From Planctomycetota bacterium (GTDB taxonomy: Bacteria; Planctomycetota; UBA8108; SXIK01), in contig CBDCXR010000004.1 of assembly GCA_965223845.1 (NCBI GenBank), positions 4,448,001-4,512,000 on the forward strand: a stretch of DNA of 64,000 nucleotides. Direction: 5' to 3'. Made by a program: the position numbers and the translations under genes. The notes beneath the pieces were generated by a model. That model was not told the DNA's origin, ran no database searches, and worked only from the letters and a program-made list of their open reading frames with translations. Of the stretch, positions 62,503 to 64,000 are shown in pieces. Positions within the stretch are counted from its first letter, which is position 1. The number at the start of each line of letters is the position of its first letter.

Positions 62503-62838
62503 TCAGGCCCGCGTCACTCCGTGACTGCTGGCGGAATCCAATTCCGCCTGCGCCGGTCGCTCAGGAATCCCGGTCGCCTCTGCGGCGCCGTTCTCCTCGT
62601 CCACGCGATTCGAATCCGTTTCCGCGTCAGCGTCCTTCTCAACTGGTCCGTCGGCTTCCGACACGACCTCCGGCTCGCCGTCGGTTTCCGCCTCCGCTTC
62701 TTCCGATTCCGCGTCCGGCGAGGAGCCGCTCTCCGCGGCTGCTCTGCGCTCTGCTTTGCGCCGTGCTTTTTCCTCGCGCTTCTCCTTCTTCGCTCGTTCT
62801 CTCCGCCGCTTCTCGAAGGACGGGTTCGATTTCGCCAA
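62503..62838 (-). CDS. Small protein with basic helical N-terminus and acidic tail
   Basis: SFEKRRRERAKKEKREEKARRKAERR; TTG start after AAAGGAG. Confidence 0.65.
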   Translation of the reverse strand: MAKSNPSFEKRRRERAKKEKREEKARRKAERRAAAESGSSPDAESEEAEAETDGEPEVVSEADGPVEKDADAETDSNRVDEENGAAEATGIPERPAQAELDSASSHGVTRA

Positions 62839-63003
62839 GAGGCTTCTCCTTTCGGGTTTTCAACGAGGATTCACGCCGTGATCGCGGCGTCGCGAGCGGC
62901 GTCAACTAGATCGCGTCATGCGAAGACGCTGGCCTCGAATCAGGACGGGAAGCCGCAGGCGACCTCCCGTCCCAGTTCTACGTCGCGGAGTGGACGCTCG
63001 GCT

Positions 63004-63279
63004 CTACCAGCGCCCGCCACCACCACCGCCGCCGCCACCTTGGCGTTCGCGCGCGATGTTCACGTTGAGCGCCCGACCTTGAAGCTCGTGACCGTTCAAC
63101 GCAGAGATCGCCGCCTCGGCGTTCTCCATTTCGACGAAGCCAAACCCGCGCGGGCGGCCGGTGTCGCGATCGGTGATGAGGTTCACGGAGTGGATCTCGC
63201 CGTACTCCGCGAAGAGCGCCTGAAGATCGTCGGACGTGACAGAAAAGGGAAGATTCCCGACGTAAAGCTTTTGAGCCAT
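63004..63279 (-). CDS. RRM RNA-binding protein with Gly-rich tail
   Basis: RNP2 LYVGNL, RNP1 RGFGFVEM; RBS AAGGAG. Confidence 0.95.
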   Translation of the reverse strand: MAQKLYVGNLPFSVTSDDLQALFAEYGEIHSVNLITDRDTGRPRGFGFVEMENAEAAISALNGHELQGRALNVNIARERQGGGGGGGGGRW

Positions 63280-63731
63280 GACTCTCAGCTCCTTGAATTG
63301 GTTGCTTCGAGTACAGGCCCAGATACGTGGCACGAAGACGGCCGGTCCGACTAACGCTCAGTCGAACGAAAATCCGAGAGAGACAAGAGAGCAACAGATT
63401 GTAGAGACGGACTCGATGCTGAATCCGCCGTCGCCGCGAGAGCTCAGCTGGCTCCGCAGCAGATCGGTATGGTCCGGAGTATAGCTCAGGCGACCGAAAA
63501 TCCCATCAAAGCCTGAAGGTACTCTCCGCGAATCGGGCGGCTTCGGCCGAAAATCTCGGCTGGTGGGTCCAGATCAGCGCGTTGAAAAAGTGCTCCGAGT
63601 CGAGAACCGGCTCGTTTGCGCTCAGGTGAGCAGCGGCAAACGCAGGCGATCTCGGTGGGTCTCGGCGCCCCAGCTGAGCGTGGCCGCGCTGAGTTCTCGG
63701 CCGAATGACTTTCCTTGCCGGGGTGCTATCG

Positions 63732-64000
63732 TCACCGATAGAGCGGATTGGGATGATCGAAGCGACACCCGGCGTCCCATTGCGATCGCTGGTTGCCGTG
63801 AGCCGGGACGCCGCCCGCGTCCTTGATCATGCGCGCGAAATGCATCAGGTTCCACGTCATGAAGGTGGTGTTTCGGTTGGTGAAATCGTTCTCGGGGCCG
63901 CCCGATCCCGGATCGAGGTAAGACGGTCCCGGGCCCGCTTCACCGAGCCAGCCCGCGTCGGCCTGCGGCGGTATCACATAACCGAGATGCTGGAGCGAAT
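63732..64000 (-). CDS. Flavodoxin-family / NADPH-dependent FMN reductase, C-terminal part (truncated by window edge)
   Basis: SLQHLGYVIPPQADAGWLGEAGPGPSYLD..NDFTNRNTTFMTWNL..HGNQR. Confidence 0.8.
   Translation of the reverse strand, partial: SLQHLGYVIPPQADAGWLGEAGPGPSYLDPGSGGPENDFTNRNTTFMTWNLMHFARMIKDAGGVPAHGNQRSQWDAGCRFDHPNPLYR

Noticed and set aside
63475-63550. tRNA-like start CGGAGTATAGCTCAG
   Set aside because: No D-loop GG, no TTCGA T-arm and no matching acceptor stem; better explained as a minus-strand -10 box

Overview
High-GC bacterial DNA. The DUF1501/DUF1553-DUF1549 genes, PVC-type cytochrome fusion, TIGR02999-type ECF sigma and dockerin-like tails point to Planctomycetota (inference). 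The flanks hold secreted and carbohydrate-active enzymes: sulfatase, PL10-like and PL11-like lyases, an alginate-lyase-like protein, DUF1080, an esterase and peptidases. The centre holds two divergently oriented paralogous two-gene modules (28351-37910 minus; ~44644-53483 plus). Each module is a Ser/Thr kinase fused to three TIR-fold-like domains, translationally coupled to a >2000-aa nSTAND1-type NTPase with one TM helix, WD40 propellers and glycan-binding-like domains (plus malectin in one copy). One copy follows an ECF sigma; the other has mobile-element debris in that position. This module is the best candidate for an undescribed system. A separate GGCT / TIR-NB-ARC-TPR / methyltransferase-like operon lies at 11681-16771. 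Also present are a frameshifted BrnT-like toxin with an intact antitoxin, a degenerate rtcA, and several small intergenic repeat families. No rRNA, tRNA or CRISPR array was found. All calls come from motif recognition by eye; no searches were run.
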